A DNA stretch of 64,000 bases from an uncultured Gammaproteobacteria bacterium (GCA_964356225.1 CAYHGA010000003.1:266-64265); one strand, 5' to 3'; counted from the first letter of the stretch, positions 11,501-20,058 are shown. Program-made: numbers and translations. The notes: a model not told the origin generated them from the sequence alone.

Positions 11501-12047
11501 CGGCAATCTCTCAGGGCTTAGGGTCACTATCGGCGGCATTATTGAATCCTGCCGCAACGTCATCACTAAAAACGGTAACCAGCCCATGTGCTTCTGCAAA
11601 GTCTCGGACCTAGGCAAAAGCGTGGAAGCGGTAGTTTTCCCCAAAACCTATGCCGCCACCCCCGGCGTCTGGCAGCCGGACAATTTAGTTCTTCTTTCCG
11701 GCAAAGTAGAAATGCGCGACACATCTCCCGAAGAAGCCACCGCGGATTCGCCCGGGCCGGATATCACCATCATCGTGGACTCGGCCGCCATCTTTACCGG
11801 TTCCGACACCAAACTTACTATGAACCATGAACCAAAAACTAATAACTCTATTTCCATCGAGATTCCCAAAAATCTGCCTTCTTCCAAGCTGGTCGCTCTC
11901 AATTCTCTGCTTCAATCGCACCGCGGCCGCACCCCTGCCAGTCTGATATTTTACAAAGGCTCGTCCTCCCAGACTCTACCCCTGCCCTACGGCCTGGATT
12001 GGACACCAAAATTGGCCGACCAAATCAACGAGTTGTTAAAAAGCTGA
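8556..12047 (+). CDS. dnaE: DNA polymerase III alpha subunit
   Basis: 1163 aa with an N-terminal PHP domain (HLHVHTEYSLLDG), polymerase core, and OB/tau-binding C-terminus. Confidence 0.95.
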   Translation: MSAKFVHLHVHTEYSLLDGLSKISRLVRRAKELEMPAVALTDHGVMYGAVEFYKECTKESVKPLIGMEAYVVNRNHTEKAGKGENNHLLLLAADHQGYQNLMRLSTISHLEGFYYRPRFDKETLVKYHQGLICTSACPKGEIAQLLNENSFALAAEAVTWYQHLFGDRYYLEIQRHQFEDYFDSVKNNSRLLDKLQNMAKTEKIWVDGVVKLSRDLGIRLVATNDAHYLQKTDAPAQDALVCISTGKNTSDIDRLRYIDTPTFHLRSPQEMESIFPDFPDALKNTLAVAEQCDVKIELGKWYFPNIDLPPGLTATQALQEMAHSKTDQLHAKRLEYELKVICSKGYAPYFLMMADLVNWCTDHGIITNTRGSAAGSLVSYVTGITTVDPILYDLPFERFLNPFRPSPPDIDLDVADDRREEVIAYITHKYGSEKVAQICTFGRMLARAAVRDVARVQGHPYAFGDRIAKVIPLGSQGFPMSIERALKESPELKTMYDSDPQVTETVDLARQIEGNARHVSVHAAGMVVSPEAMTNYTPLQLEPKGTKIITQYEFHACEEIGLVKFDILGIRNLSILGAARDLIESLHHITLDLKHLPANDKATFAMLTRGETMGVFQLGGSGMTKWLKELKPNRLEDIMVMIALFRPGPMANIPEYIARKNKKSPVTYMHPKMADYLEKSYGILVYQEDIMFTGLTLAGYTWETIDKLRKAIGKKLPKEMAQQHEVFVEGCIKTSGMSREEAEKIWELFVPFQGYGFNKAHAASYGIVAYQTAYLKAHYPVEYMTALLTAESGDTEKIVEAIDECRRIKIPVLPPDINRSNVGFAVDDKSIRFGLSAIKNVGATAISSILTARASNPFTSFTDFCLRVDSQKVNRKVLESLIKAGAMDQFGKRAALLAALDKIRELGTSISKLKSSGQTTFFVSSEQSDHSDRLPNIDEFEKSVMLNMEKELLGFYLTEHPHAEKLAQLGQLITHRISELPSGNLSGLRVTIGGIIESCRNVITKNGNQPMCFCKVSDLGKSVEAVVFPKTYAATPGVWQPDNLVLLSGKVEMRDTSPEEATADSPGPDITIIVDSAAIFTGSDTKLTMNHEPKTNNSISIEIPKNLPSSKLVALNSLLQSHRGRTPASLIFYKGSSSQTLPLPYGLDWTPKLADQINELLKS

Positions 12048-12068
12048 ATCTCAGGTAAAATTCACGGC

Positions 12069-12404
12069 ATGGCAATTAGTGCGACTATCAAAGGCACTCC
12101 AGTCCACGTCGGCGACATCGTCCAAGTGCATCTCAAAGTCGTGGAAGGTGAAAAAGAGCGCATCCAGATTTTTGAAGGCATGATTCTAGGTATTCGCGGC
12201 AGGGGAGACAACCACACTTTTACTGTCCGCAAGGTTTCTTCCGGCAATATCGGCGTCGAACGCATCTTTCCCCTTATTTCACCCTGGATTGTCAAAATTC
12301 AGGTAAAGAAACCGGGCAAAGTCCGCCGTGCTAAACTAAACTATGTCCGTGACCAGTCTTCCCGTCAAGTTAGCCGTATTACTGCTGTTAGCCAGTCTGC
12401 TTAG
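12069..12404 (+). CDS. rplS: 50S ribosomal protein L19
   Basis: The sequence [32 protein letters not shown] is L19-like. Confidence 0.85.
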   Translation: MAISATIKGTPVHVGDIVQVHLKVVEGEKERIQIFEGMILGIRGRGDNHTFTVRKVSSGNIGVERIFPLISPWIVKIQVKKPGKVRRAKLNYVRDQSSRQVSRITAVSQSA

Positions 12405-13983
12405 GCTGTGGAATTTAGGAATTCTCCCTAACGGTCTGCATTGGGATGAAATGGATACCGGCTACCAGGCCTACTCCCTCTTAAAAACTGGCAAGGATTA
12501 TTTTGGCAACGTTCTCCCGTTTTTTCCCCATTCATTCGCCGACTACCGTACTCCCGTCTTTATCTACTCCGCTGTACCTTTTGTTGCCTCTTTAGGTTTA
12601 TCCGCCGTCTCCGTTCGCTTAGTCGCCGTCGTTTGGGGTTTACTAAGCATCGTTTTAATTTATCTTTTGGTCCGCGATTGGCTGGCCCCGGCCGTTATGA
12701 CTTTCTCGCAATGGCATCTGCAGTACTCTCGCAAATCTGTAGAAACCATGTCTCTGACTGCCACCTTTCTTCTGGGCTTGGTTTGTTTCCAGCGTGGTCT
12801 GCGCCAGCCCAAGTGGCTCATTTTTTCGAGCTTTGGTTTCGGCTTGGCCATGGCCGCCTATTCCCCCGGCAAACTCTTTGTGCCTTTATTTCTCGTCGTC
12901 CTGATCCTCATAAATCATAAATCATTATTTCTGATTCAGCGCAAATATTTACTGGCGTCAGCTTTGATTCTGGCTCTTTTTGGAGCGGCAATCTTTGGTG
13001 ACATTCTTTTTGGCAAATCCGGCACCCGTTTCCACGATGTAGCCATCTTTACCGACCCCACAATTTCTACAGAAATTAATTACCAGCGCCAGCTCTCCGC
13101 CGAGTCGTCCGGACGGCCCCGGACGGTGGGCATGAGTCCCAGTCTTTTTGATAAATTACTGCACAACAAGCCTCAAGTCTGGATTAACGCTTTTCTTACT
13201 AATTACCTGCGCACCTGGGGAACTGATTTTCTCTTTGTCAAAGGCGATCCCGAGCTTCGCCACTCGCCCTCCCGAGATTCCATCGGCATGCTGCACATGG
13301 TGGAAATCATTCCCCTTCTGGTTGGTCTTTTCGTCTTACTAAAAACTAATAACCAACTAACCAAACTTCTAGGTGCCTGGTTGTTGCTGGCTCCAATTCC
13401 GTCAGCTTTAACCCGTGACGGAGGAGTTCATGCCGCCCGCCTGCTTATTCTCTTTCCCGCTCTGGCCTGGACCATCACTCTAGGCATTCGCCGCCTGCCT
13501 CTCAAACTCTATCTCCTCTTATTCTCAATTTCTAGTTTCTATATTTTCGGTTATTACTTCACTCATTACCGCTTCGAAAGCGCCAAACCCTATCAATGGG
13601 GTTATTCCGACCTGATCAGGACCGCCCTGGCCAGGCAAGACCAATACGACCGGGTGATTATTGACGTGGCCCACGATTCACCGCTCATGGCCTATTTATT
13701 CGTAACCAAATTTTCTCCCCAACACCTTCAAGCTTTCTACCCGCTCCAGGAACAAATTTTGACAGGGGACAGCCGGGCCTTAGTCTTTGGCAAAATATGG
13801 CTTCTACAACCCGGTGGCCGCAACTGGACTGATATCACTCTTCCCGGCCGCAATCTAATCCTAGCCTCCGCCGACCAATCCCTGCTTGAACGCATTCCCG
13901 GCGCTACTCGCATCAACTACCCCGACTCTCTCGCCGCTTTCTACGTCTTCGAAAAATCCTCACCACTTGCAATTAGTAAGTGA
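12343..13983 (+). CDS. GT39/ArnT-like membrane glycosyltransferase (PMT family)
   Basis: Many TM helices and a DE motif in the first loop (HWDEMDTGY), as in the PMT/ArnT family. Confidence 0.6.
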   Translation: MSVTSLPVKLAVLLLLASLLRLWNLGILPNGLHWDEMDTGYQAYSLLKTGKDYFGNVLPFFPHSFADYRTPVFIYSAVPFVASLGLSAVSVRLVAVVWGLLSIVLIYLLVRDWLAPAVMTFSQWHLQYSRKSVETMSLTATFLLGLVCFQRGLRQPKWLIFSSFGFGLAMAAYSPGKLFVPLFLVVLILINHKSLFLIQRKYLLASALILALFGAAIFGDILFGKSGTRFHDVAIFTDPTISTEINYQRQLSAESSGRPRTVGMSPSLFDKLLHNKPQVWINAFLTNYLRTWGTDFLFVKGDPELRHSPSRDSIGMLHMVEIIPLLVGLFVLLKTNNQLTKLLGAWLLLAPIPSALTRDGGVHAARLLILFPALAWTITLGIRRLPLKLYLLLFSISSFYIFGYYFTHYRFESAKPYQWGYSDLIRTALARQDQYDRVIIDVAHDSPLMAYLFVTKFSPQHLQAFYPLQEQILTGDSRALVFGKIWLLQPGGRNWTDITLPGRNLILASADQSLLERIPGATRINYPDSLAAFYVFEKSSPLAISK

Positions 13984-14003
13984 AACTACTATAACCAAAT
14001 AAA

Positions 14004-15092
14004 GTGATCAAAGCGCTGGCAGTATTAATCATCTTGATTCTCTCCCTTCTAATTATACGTCGAGTAGTCCTCCGTCGGGAAGCAACCAGCCAAGTAACTC
14101 CTACTCCTCAAACCTCCCAGCCATCTAAATTTACCTTTAAGAACGCAAAGCCTTCTCCTGCTCCCCAAACCAAATTTACCGCTGCCAATCCCTTCGGCGT
14201 CATGATTTCGGGAGACTCTTCGCAAATCAAAGCCCAGACGGCCAAAAAATTGGGAGCAGTGTATTACCGGCCCATTTCAGTTTTCTTGGATAAATGGTCT
14301 GGAACATGTGCAGAATGTGATGCGGCAGTCAGCGGGGGGTTAAAACTTGTTTTGACGGTTAGAAATAACAACGGAGGTCCACAAAATCCTACAACCCCGC
14401 CTACAGATTTGAATACCTATAAAACCAAGTTATCTCAAGTCGTGGACAAATACAAACCTGAAGTATTGATTATCGAAAACGAGGAGAATTCCGCCGCTCT
14501 TTTTTATAACGGAACGGTTCAACAGTATTTACAAGAACTAAAAGCCGGTTGTGAAGTCGCTCACCAAAAAGGTATTAAATGTGCCAACGGCGGTTTAGTA
14601 AGTTCTTTAGTTGTGTTTCTGGTATCAGAAAACTATAAGGCCAACGGAGATACAAATAAGGCAGATGAGTATTTGGATCGCGCTCTGATCGGCGCAAAAC
14701 AACAGTTAATTTCGCAGGTTAATTCAAAAAAAGGCCAAGAACAGATTACCAAAGGCAAAGAACTCTTGGCTGGCTACAAAACCGCAGGGGCAGATTTTAT
14801 GAACTTTCACTGGTATACAGCTGACATCGAAGCTTTAGGTGAGGCAGTAGGTTATTTACGAGCCGCTTCAGGATTGCCGATCATGACTAATGAAGTTGGC
14901 CAACAAGCCAACACCGACCCAAACCAAGTATCAAACGTTATGCAAAAGATAGTTAATTTAGGTCTACCGTACGCATTATGGTTTAGTATGGATACTAATC
15001 CTCCAAATGGAGCCAGAGCGCTAAACGAAACCAACGGCACTCTTCGTCCCAATGGCGAAGCTTACGCCGAATTTATCCACTCCAACTATTAA
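14004..15092 (+). CDS. membrane-anchored secreted protein, possible glycoside-hydrolase-like domain
   Basis: N-terminal signal anchor, Pro/Thr-rich linker and an (IENEEN)-containing globular domain. No firm family assignment. Confidence 0.4.
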   Translation: MIKALAVLIILILSLLIIRRVVLRREATSQVTPTPQTSQPSKFTFKNAKPSPAPQTKFTAANPFGVMISGDSSQIKAQTAKKLGAVYYRPISVFLDKWSGTCAECDAAVSGGLKLVLTVRNNNGGPQNPTTPPTDLNTYKTKLSQVVDKYKPEVLIIENEENSAALFYNGTVQQYLQELKAGCEVAHQKGIKCANGGLVSSLVVFLVSENYKANGDTNKADEYLDRALIGAKQQLISQVNSKKGQEQITKGKELLAGYKTAGADFMNFHWYTADIEALGEAVGYLRAASGLPIMTNEVGQQANTDPNQVSNVMQKIVNLGLPYALWFSMDTNPPNGARALNETNGTLRPNGEAYAEFIHSNY

Positions 15093-15096
15093 ATCC

Positions 15097-15260
15097 TTGT
15101 GAACGTTTTTAATAAAATTCGAACTCATTTTAAACAAAAGTTGGCTCGAACTTCTTTTTAATGAATCGGCGGCTCTCGGCGAATTTGAATTTGGTCTTTA
15201 GGGCGCTCGCAACGGGCGGGGGCGTTGCGAGCGCCCCACCTTGCGAATCTTCGATTTCTT
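15097..15260. repeat. composite repeat R1 (AT-rich module + module b/c + 14-bp perfect GC hairpin 15201-15235)
   Basis: Positions 15097-15140 resemble the start of R2 (gtgaacgttttt..attcgaac). Positions 15140-15205 are an approximately 65-bp direct repeat of 19831-19896 with 3 mismatches. The hairpin is GGGCGCTCGCAACG-GGCGGGG-CGTTGCGAGCGCCC. Confidence 0.8.
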
Positions 15261-15344
15261 TTTTGGTGATCCCGCTAGTACCTTAAACAGACTTGGAATA
15301 TGCTTATTTGTTTGGGCTAAAAAATGCATAATAAAGTACATCAA

Positions 15345-16379
15345 CTATTTTTCTTTTAATACGTAATAACTTGCTTTGCCTTTGCCTTTTCTGCTGATTA
15401 AACCCAGCTCTATTAATTTCTTAATATCCAGTGCTCTAGTCGCCTTTGCCCGATCAACTAATTTAGCATAATCACGGTGAGCGATAAATCCTTTCTCTCT
15501 TATAAATTCAAGGATTTTTAAATGATAGGGTTGCAGCTGAGTTTCTGGATTTATTCCAACCTCTGGAAGCATTTTTTGAACTCTTAAAAGTTCGTCAATA
15601 ATTCCTTCCGTAAAATATTCCATCCAATCTGTAAAATCAATTTTATCTGCCAATTCATAATAATTGCCAAATTCTCCAATAGTTTGAAAATATTTACTAA
15701 CATTTTTGTTATAGTAATTCTCAAAACTAAACAGGTTAAATGTATTGAGTCCCATTTCAGCCAGTAATACCTTTGTGGCAAGACGAGTTGCCCTGCCATT
15801 TCCATCCATAAAAGGATGGATTATTACCATTTGCTTGTGAAAAATCCCAGCTAAAATAAGCGGATCAATTTTATCTTTATTGCTATTTATAAATTTAATT
15901 AGATCTTCTAAAAGTTTTCTTACATCTTTCGTATCAGGAGGCAAATAAATAACCTTTCTGGTCCTAGGATCATTTACAACTACTGGTTTGTCTCTTAATT
16001 TTCCAGATTCAAATTTAGGTAGTAATTCCTTTGTAATCTGTTCATGGATTTTTAGAATAAGAGCAAGAGTTAATCTTATTTGCTCTTTTTCAAGCTTTTC
16101 ATTTAAGTCTTGAAGTGCATGGTTGTAGTTTAAAACTTCTTTCTCACTATCCCTAATATGTTCAGGTTTTAATTTAAGAATTTTTTTTACTTCAGTTAAA
16201 GGTAGAGGGTTACCTTCGATACTGGTTGAGGCATAAGTTGAAACCGCTCTTGCAACTTTTTCGAATTCTAATAAGACAACATGAGGAAATCTTTTATCGT
16301 TTAATTCGTTCACTAGAGTATTAATTCTCTTAATATTAGATAGGAGACGATCCGTAATGGTGTATTTTGGCTGAAACAT
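15345..16379 (-). CDS. Fic/DOC family protein (AMPylase-like), class II with N-terminal inhibitory motif
   Basis: Fic motif HPFMDGNGRATR. The N-terminal STSIEGN matches the (S/T)xxxE(G/N) inhibitory motif. Confidence 0.85.
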   Translation of the reverse strand: MFQPKYTITDRLLSNIKRINTLVNELNDKRFPHVVLLEFEKVARAVSTYASTSIEGNPLPLTEVKKILKLKPEHIRDSEKEVLNYNHALQDLNEKLEKEQIRLTLALILKIHEQITKELLPKFESGKLRDKPVVVNDPRTRKVIYLPPDTKDVRKLLEDLIKFINSNKDKIDPLILAGIFHKQMVIIHPFMDGNGRATRLATKVLLAEMGLNTFNLFSFENYYNKNVSKYFQTIGEFGNYYELADKIDFTDWMEYFTEGIIDELLRVQKMLPEVGINPETQLQPYHLKILEFIREKGFIAHRDYAKLVDRAKATRALDIKKLIELGLISRKGKGKASYYVLKEK

Positions 16380-16391
16380 ATACTCTAATTA

Positions 16392-16559
16392 TAGACGAAT
16401 ATTAGACGATTTACAAGGAGTAAAATTTCGATCCTCGTGACCAAGATGGATCAGAAATCCGTCCTCAATATTCCCCTCAAGCATTTCAAATTCATACCTT
16501 TTATCTTCCTCCTCATAAAGTTCCGGTCCCCTCAAAGGAAGCTCGGAAGGAACTCTCAT
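16392..16559 (-). CDS. small ORF (about 55 aa) immediately upstream of fic, possibly co-transcribed
   Basis: Manual translation gives MRVPSELPLRGPELYEEEDKRYEFEMLEGNIEDGFLIHLGHEDRNFTPCKSSNIRL. Its stop lies 13 nt before the fic start. It is shorter than the ORF-track cutoff. Confidence 0.3.
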
Positions 16560-16594
16560 TTAACTTCTTTTATCTATTTTTAACAATTGTTAAC

Positions 16595-16706
16595 TTGTGA
16601 ACGTTTTTGAACAAATTCGAACGTATTTCAAGTCAAACTGTTAGCTCGCCCCGCCTTGGCGAGGCTCGCAATGTGAGCGCGGCGCCCCCCACCCGCCGCG
16701 CTTCCG
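16595..16706. repeat. repeat R2, left arm of a 112-bp perfect inverted repeat flanking the MFS gene
   Basis: Positions 16595-16706 are the exact reverse complement of 18199-18310. It contains GC hairpins (GCGCGGCG-CCCCCCACC-CGCCGCGC). Confidence 0.9.
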
Positions 16707-16772
16707 TTATTTTTTGCGCGCTCGATTCTTCTCTCACTTCGTTCGAGATATGATTTTTGATATAGTGATTGT

Positions 16773-17972
16773 ATGCTAAACAACTTTAAGGGCATTACTT
16801 GGCGTTATTACGTTTTTTCTTTTCTTGCGGGATTATCTTTTTATACCGCCGCCTTAATCCCATTTTATACTAATTGGGGACACATTTCACTAACTCAAGT
16901 CCAATTCCTACAAGCATGGTTAATGTTTTGGGCTTTTGTTTTGGAAGTACCAACTGGGGTTATTGCAGATAAGTTCGGAAGAAAATATTCAGTTGCTTTA
17001 GGTTGTCTACTAACTTTCTTCTCGTTTTTGATATATGGCTCGTTTCCTAATTTTTCAGCTTTTCTCGTTGCAGAATTTTTGGCAGCTGCTGGTATGGCTC
17101 TAATGTCTGGAGCAAGTGAAGCTCTGCTATACGATTCTTTAAAAGATGAAAATAACGAAAGCAAATTTAAAAATATTTTTGGTCGGTCATTCTCTATTGG
17201 TCAAATAGCGGCAATTATTTCTGCGCCTGTTGGTGGTTTTATCGCATCTAAGTACGGTTTAAATGCTCCGATGTTGTTTACAGCGTTTCCAGTTTTAATT
17301 GCTTCCATAATTTTAGTAACTGCAAAAGAGCCATCACAAAAATATTCAAAATCAGAAAAGAAAAATTATTTAGATATTGCGAGAAACGGCGTATCTTCTT
17401 TTATTCATCATAAAGTACTAAGGTCATTGGCTTTCAACGGAATTTTGGTTTATACAGGGGTTTACTTTTTAGTATGGCTCTATCAACCCATACTACAAAA
17501 TTTGGGTGTTGCAATAATATTTTTCGGATTTATCAGAGCGTTATTCTCTTTGTCAGGAATGGTTTTTAACCATGACTTACAGCTTATTGAAAAACTATTT
17601 GGATCAAATAAACAATTTTTTAATATAACCGCAGTTTTAACTACGATATCCTTATTATTAGTTGCCGTATTCCCAAATATTATTACAGTTTTAATGGCGA
17701 TTGTTTTATTGGGTGGATTAGGTCAGGCAAGATTTACTGCATTGAATTCGTATATGAACCACCACATAGTCTCAGAACAACGCGCGACAACGTTATCAAC
17801 TATTTCAATGTTAAATAGAATTGTTCTAATTGCATTAAATCCTCTGATTGGATTCATGGCAGATCAATCAATAAGAGGAGCATTTCTATTTCTAGCATTT
17901 TTACCATTATTGGCCATTATCTTTGTTCCTATAGATTTGTATAAAAACACTACAGAGACGGTAACTTCATAA
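16773..17972 (+). CDS. MFS transporter
   Basis: 399 aa with about 12 TM helices and MFS-like motifs (GVIADKFGRK). Confidence 0.75.
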   Translation: MLNNFKGITWRYYVFSFLAGLSFYTAALIPFYTNWGHISLTQVQFLQAWLMFWAFVLEVPTGVIADKFGRKYSVALGCLLTFFSFLIYGSFPNFSAFLVAEFLAAAGMALMSGASEALLYDSLKDENNESKFKNIFGRSFSIGQIAAIISAPVGGFIASKYGLNAPMLFTAFPVLIASIILVTAKEPSQKYSKSEKKNYLDIARNGVSSFIHHKVLRSLAFNGILVYTGVYFLVWLYQPILQNLGVAIIFFGFIRALFSLSGMVFNHDLQLIEKLFGSNKQFFNITAVLTTISLLLVAVFPNIITVLMAIVLLGGLGQARFTALNSYMNHHIVSEQRATTLSTISMLNRIVLIALNPLIGFMADQSIRGAFLFLAFLPLLAIIFVPIDLYKNTTETVTS

Positions 17973-18198
17973 GTTTGACGTAAGAAAAATTATTTCTATT
18001 GTTTTTGTAAAATTATTTTTGTATATTGTAAGTGTACTCAACTTTTTCAGGTCGTCTTTTTTAATGGCCGTTCTGGACAATTTAAGGCGACTTAAGTTGA
18101 GTACAACCAGAGCGGCCATTTGAGTTTAGTAATAAGTACTTTAAAATTTTTGCGTTTTTCTTTTTCTGCTTTCAGCGGAATGTTCGAGCCGACTTTTT

Positions 18199-18310
18199 CG
18201 GAAGCGCGGCGGGTGGGGGGCGCCGCGCTCACATTGCGAGCCTCGCCAAGGCGGGGCGAGCTAACAGTTTGACTTGAAATACGTTCGAATTTGTTCAAAA
18301 ACGTTCACAA
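18199..18310. repeat. repeat R2', right arm of the 112-bp inverted repeat
   Basis: Reverse complement of 16595-16706. It is preceded at 18160-18198 by a diverged module-b copy (aaaagtcggctcgaac). Confidence 0.9.
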
Positions 18311-18407
18311 TTTTGGAAATGGAAGCAGAAGTGGGGGCAGCGCTGGCTGCGCCCCCCTCCGCAGACAGCGCTGCAAAGGCCAAATCCAAATTCGCCGAGA
18401 GCCGCCG
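18305..18407. repeat. repeat R3, left arm of a 103-bp perfect inverted repeat flanking the recombinase gene
   Basis: Positions 18305-18407 are the exact reverse complement of 19858-19960. It contains the hairpin GCAGCGCTGGCTGCG-CCCCCCTC-CGCAGACAGCGCTGC and overlaps R2' by 6 bp. Confidence 0.9.
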
Positions 18408-18462
18408 TAAAAAAAGCATGAAGAAAAACGCAAAAATTAAAGAACTTTAAGGAATATAAAAA

Positions 18463-20004
18463 ATGATTAAATATATTGCTTACTGCCGAAAATCCACAGA
18501 TGAAAAAGATAAACAGGTTTTATCTATTGAAGCGCAAATTGCCGAACTCAAGGAGTTTGCCAAAAGAGAGGGCTTAACGGTCTCTGAATTCATTACAGAA
18601 GCCAAGACTGCTAAGATTCCGGGGAGAGTACAATTTGCTGAAATCTTAAAAAGAATAGAGAAAGGACAAGCCAACGGAATATTATCGTGGCACCCCGACC
18701 GTCTCGCTAGAAATTCGATAGATGGCGGGAAAATAATTTATCTTTTGGATACTGGCAAACTCCTTGATTTAAAATTCCCCTCGTTTTGGTTTGAGTCCAC
18801 ACCACAAGGCAAATTCATGCTCTCAATCGCCTTTGGCCAATCAAAATATTATGTCGATAATCTGTCCGAAAATGTAAAGCGAGGAAACAGACAAAAACTT
18901 CGTAATGGTGTCTGGCCCAGTAAAGCACCGTATGGCTATATCAATAACCCCAAAACGAGGGGAATAGATATTGATGAAGAAAAATCAAAAATTGTTAAAA
19001 AATCATTTCAGCTTTTTGCTGATGGAAGTATTTCTTTTACGGCTATTTCTCAATTTATGTTTAAGTTTGGGATTAAGCGAGAAGGAGAAAAACCTGTAAA
19101 AGTTGGTCAAGTTAAAAATATGCTTGCCAATAAATTTTATCTGGGAATTCTCAAATACGCCGGAGAATATTATCAAGGTTCACACAAAACCTTTATCAGC
19201 AAAAAGCTGTTTGACGAAGTTCAAAAACAAGTTGAGAAAATCGAGCGACCAAGACAAAAAGGCCACAATTTCGCTTTTGCAGGTCTGGCGACCTGCGGCG
19301 AATGCGGCGCCGCAATCACGGCGGAACAACATATAAAGAAATACAAAAACGGCACCGGCCAAACTTTTATCTATTACCGCTGTACTAAAAAGTTGAAAGC
19401 CTGTACGCAAAAATATATTTCCGAATCAGATACAGAGGAGCAGTTAAGAAAAATTGTTCGTGATTGCGGCTTGCATGAAGGCTGGGAACCGTATTTTGAA
19501 AAATGGATCACCGAAGCCGAAGAAAAAGACAAACTGACCGCCGAAACGGAAAGTAAAAAACTCGATACCCAAACCCAAGAAACAGAAATCAAATTAAACC
19601 GATTGCTTGACGGCTACCTCGACCAAGTTATTGAGCCGGATATTTACAAACAAAAGAAAAATGAATTATTTGACGAAAAACTGAAGTTAGAGGAGAATAA
19701 ATCACAAATTGAGAAAAATGGAAGTTGTTGGCTCGAACCTATGAGGGAATTCGTAAATTGCGCCTTGCAGGCGCAAAAAATCGCGCGCGCAAAAAATAAT
19801 TGCCATGATTTATCAATCATGGCAAAAAAAGTCGGCTCGAACTTCTTTTTAATGAATCGGCGGCTCTCGGCGAATTTGGATTTGGCCTTTGCAGCGCTGT
19901 CTGCGGAGGGGGGCGCAGCCAGCGCTGCCCCCACTTCTGCTTCCATTTCCAAAATTGTGAGGCGGGTGGGACTCGAACCCACGACCCTTAGCTTAAAAGG
20001 CTAG
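18463..20004 (+). CDS. large serine recombinase (resolvase/invertase-type N-domain + recombinase domain + zinc ribbon)
   Basis: Catalytic-serine region YCRKSTDEKDKQ, recombinase domain and zinc ribbon CGECG...CTKK. The ORF has no stop until it has read through repeat R3' and into tRNA-Lys (C-terminal ...VGLEPTTLSLKG), so the true C-terminus is uncertain, roughly 19830-19900. Confidence 0.85.
   Translation: MIKYIAYCRKSTDEKDKQVLSIEAQIAELKEFAKREGLTVSEFITEAKTAKIPGRVQFAEILKRIEKGQANGILSWHPDRLARNSIDGGKIIYLLDTGKLLDLKFPSFWFESTPQGKFMLSIAFGQSKYYVDNLSENVKRGNRQKLRNGVWPSKAPYGYINNPKTRGIDIDEEKSKIVKKSFQLFADGSISFTAISQFMFKFGIKREGEKPVKVGQVKNMLANKFYLGILKYAGEYYQGSHKTFISKKLFDEVQKQVEKIERPRQKGHNFAFAGLATCGECGAAITAEQHIKKYKNGTGQTFIYYRCTKKLKACTQKYISESDTEEQLRKIVRDCGLHEGWEPYFEKWITEAEEKDKLTAETESKKLDTQTQETEIKLNRLLDGYLDQVIEPDIYKQKKNELFDEKLKLEENKSQIEKNGSCWLEPMREFVNCALQAQKIARAKNNCHDLSIMAKKVGSNFFLMNRRLSANLDLAFAALSAEGGAASAAPTSASISKIVRRVGLEPTTLSLKG
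19858..19960. repeat. repeat R3', right arm of the 103-bp inverted repeat
   Basis: Reverse complement of 18305-18407. It is preceded by module b at 19824-19857 and overlaps the 3' end of tRNA-Lys at 19958-19960. Confidence 0.9.
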
Positions 20005-20030
20005 TGCTCTACCAACTGAGCTACCGCCCC
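19958..20030 (-). tRNA. tRNA-Lys (anticodon UUU)
   Basis: The minus-strand sequence GGGGCGGTAGCTCAGTTGGTAGAGCACTAGCCTTTTAAGCTAAGGGTCGTGGGTTCGAGTCCCACCCGCCTCA folds as a cloverleaf with anticodon loop CTTTTAA. No CCA is encoded. Confidence 0.8.
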
Positions 20031-20058
20031 TCACTGAACTTATCAAGAGCATTTTATA

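Larger units (their letters stand above)
15097..19960. mobile_element. putative small integrative/cassette element at tRNA-Lys: Fic, MFS, large serine recombinase, bounded by about 65-bp direct repeats (15140-15205 / 19831-19896)
   Basis: Cargo genes each bracketed by the same repeat family. The recombinase sits at the right edge and overlaps tRNA-Lys. Confidence 0.45.

Noticed and set aside
306-12000. Numerous 60-160-aa antisense or out-of-frame ORFs inside helicase, polX, gatA, dnaE, ppsA, uvrA and others (for example 306-551, 9690-9932, 10281-10727, 10889-11365, 27950-28596)
   Set aside because: They are embedded within well-supported conserved genes and have a biased (Gly/Arg/Pro-rich) composition typical of antisense translation. 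They are spurious.
15201-15235. 14-bp perfect GC hairpin in R1 as a rho-independent terminator for the flanking convergent genes
   Set aside because: No U-tract follows the stem on either strand, and the same hairpin class recurs inside the repeat family. It is more likely a repeat-element structure or protein-binding site than a terminator.
18092-18298. 68-aa minus-strand ORF overlapping repeat R2'
   Set aside because: This is a translation of the GC-hairpin repeat (…GGRRALTLRASPRRGELTV…), not a gene.
19845-20004. C-terminal 50 aa of the recombinase ORF (…VGLEPTTLSLKG)
   Set aside because: This stretch is a translation of a noncoding repeat and of the convergent tRNA-Lys. It is read-through due to the absence of a stop, not a genuine protein segment.
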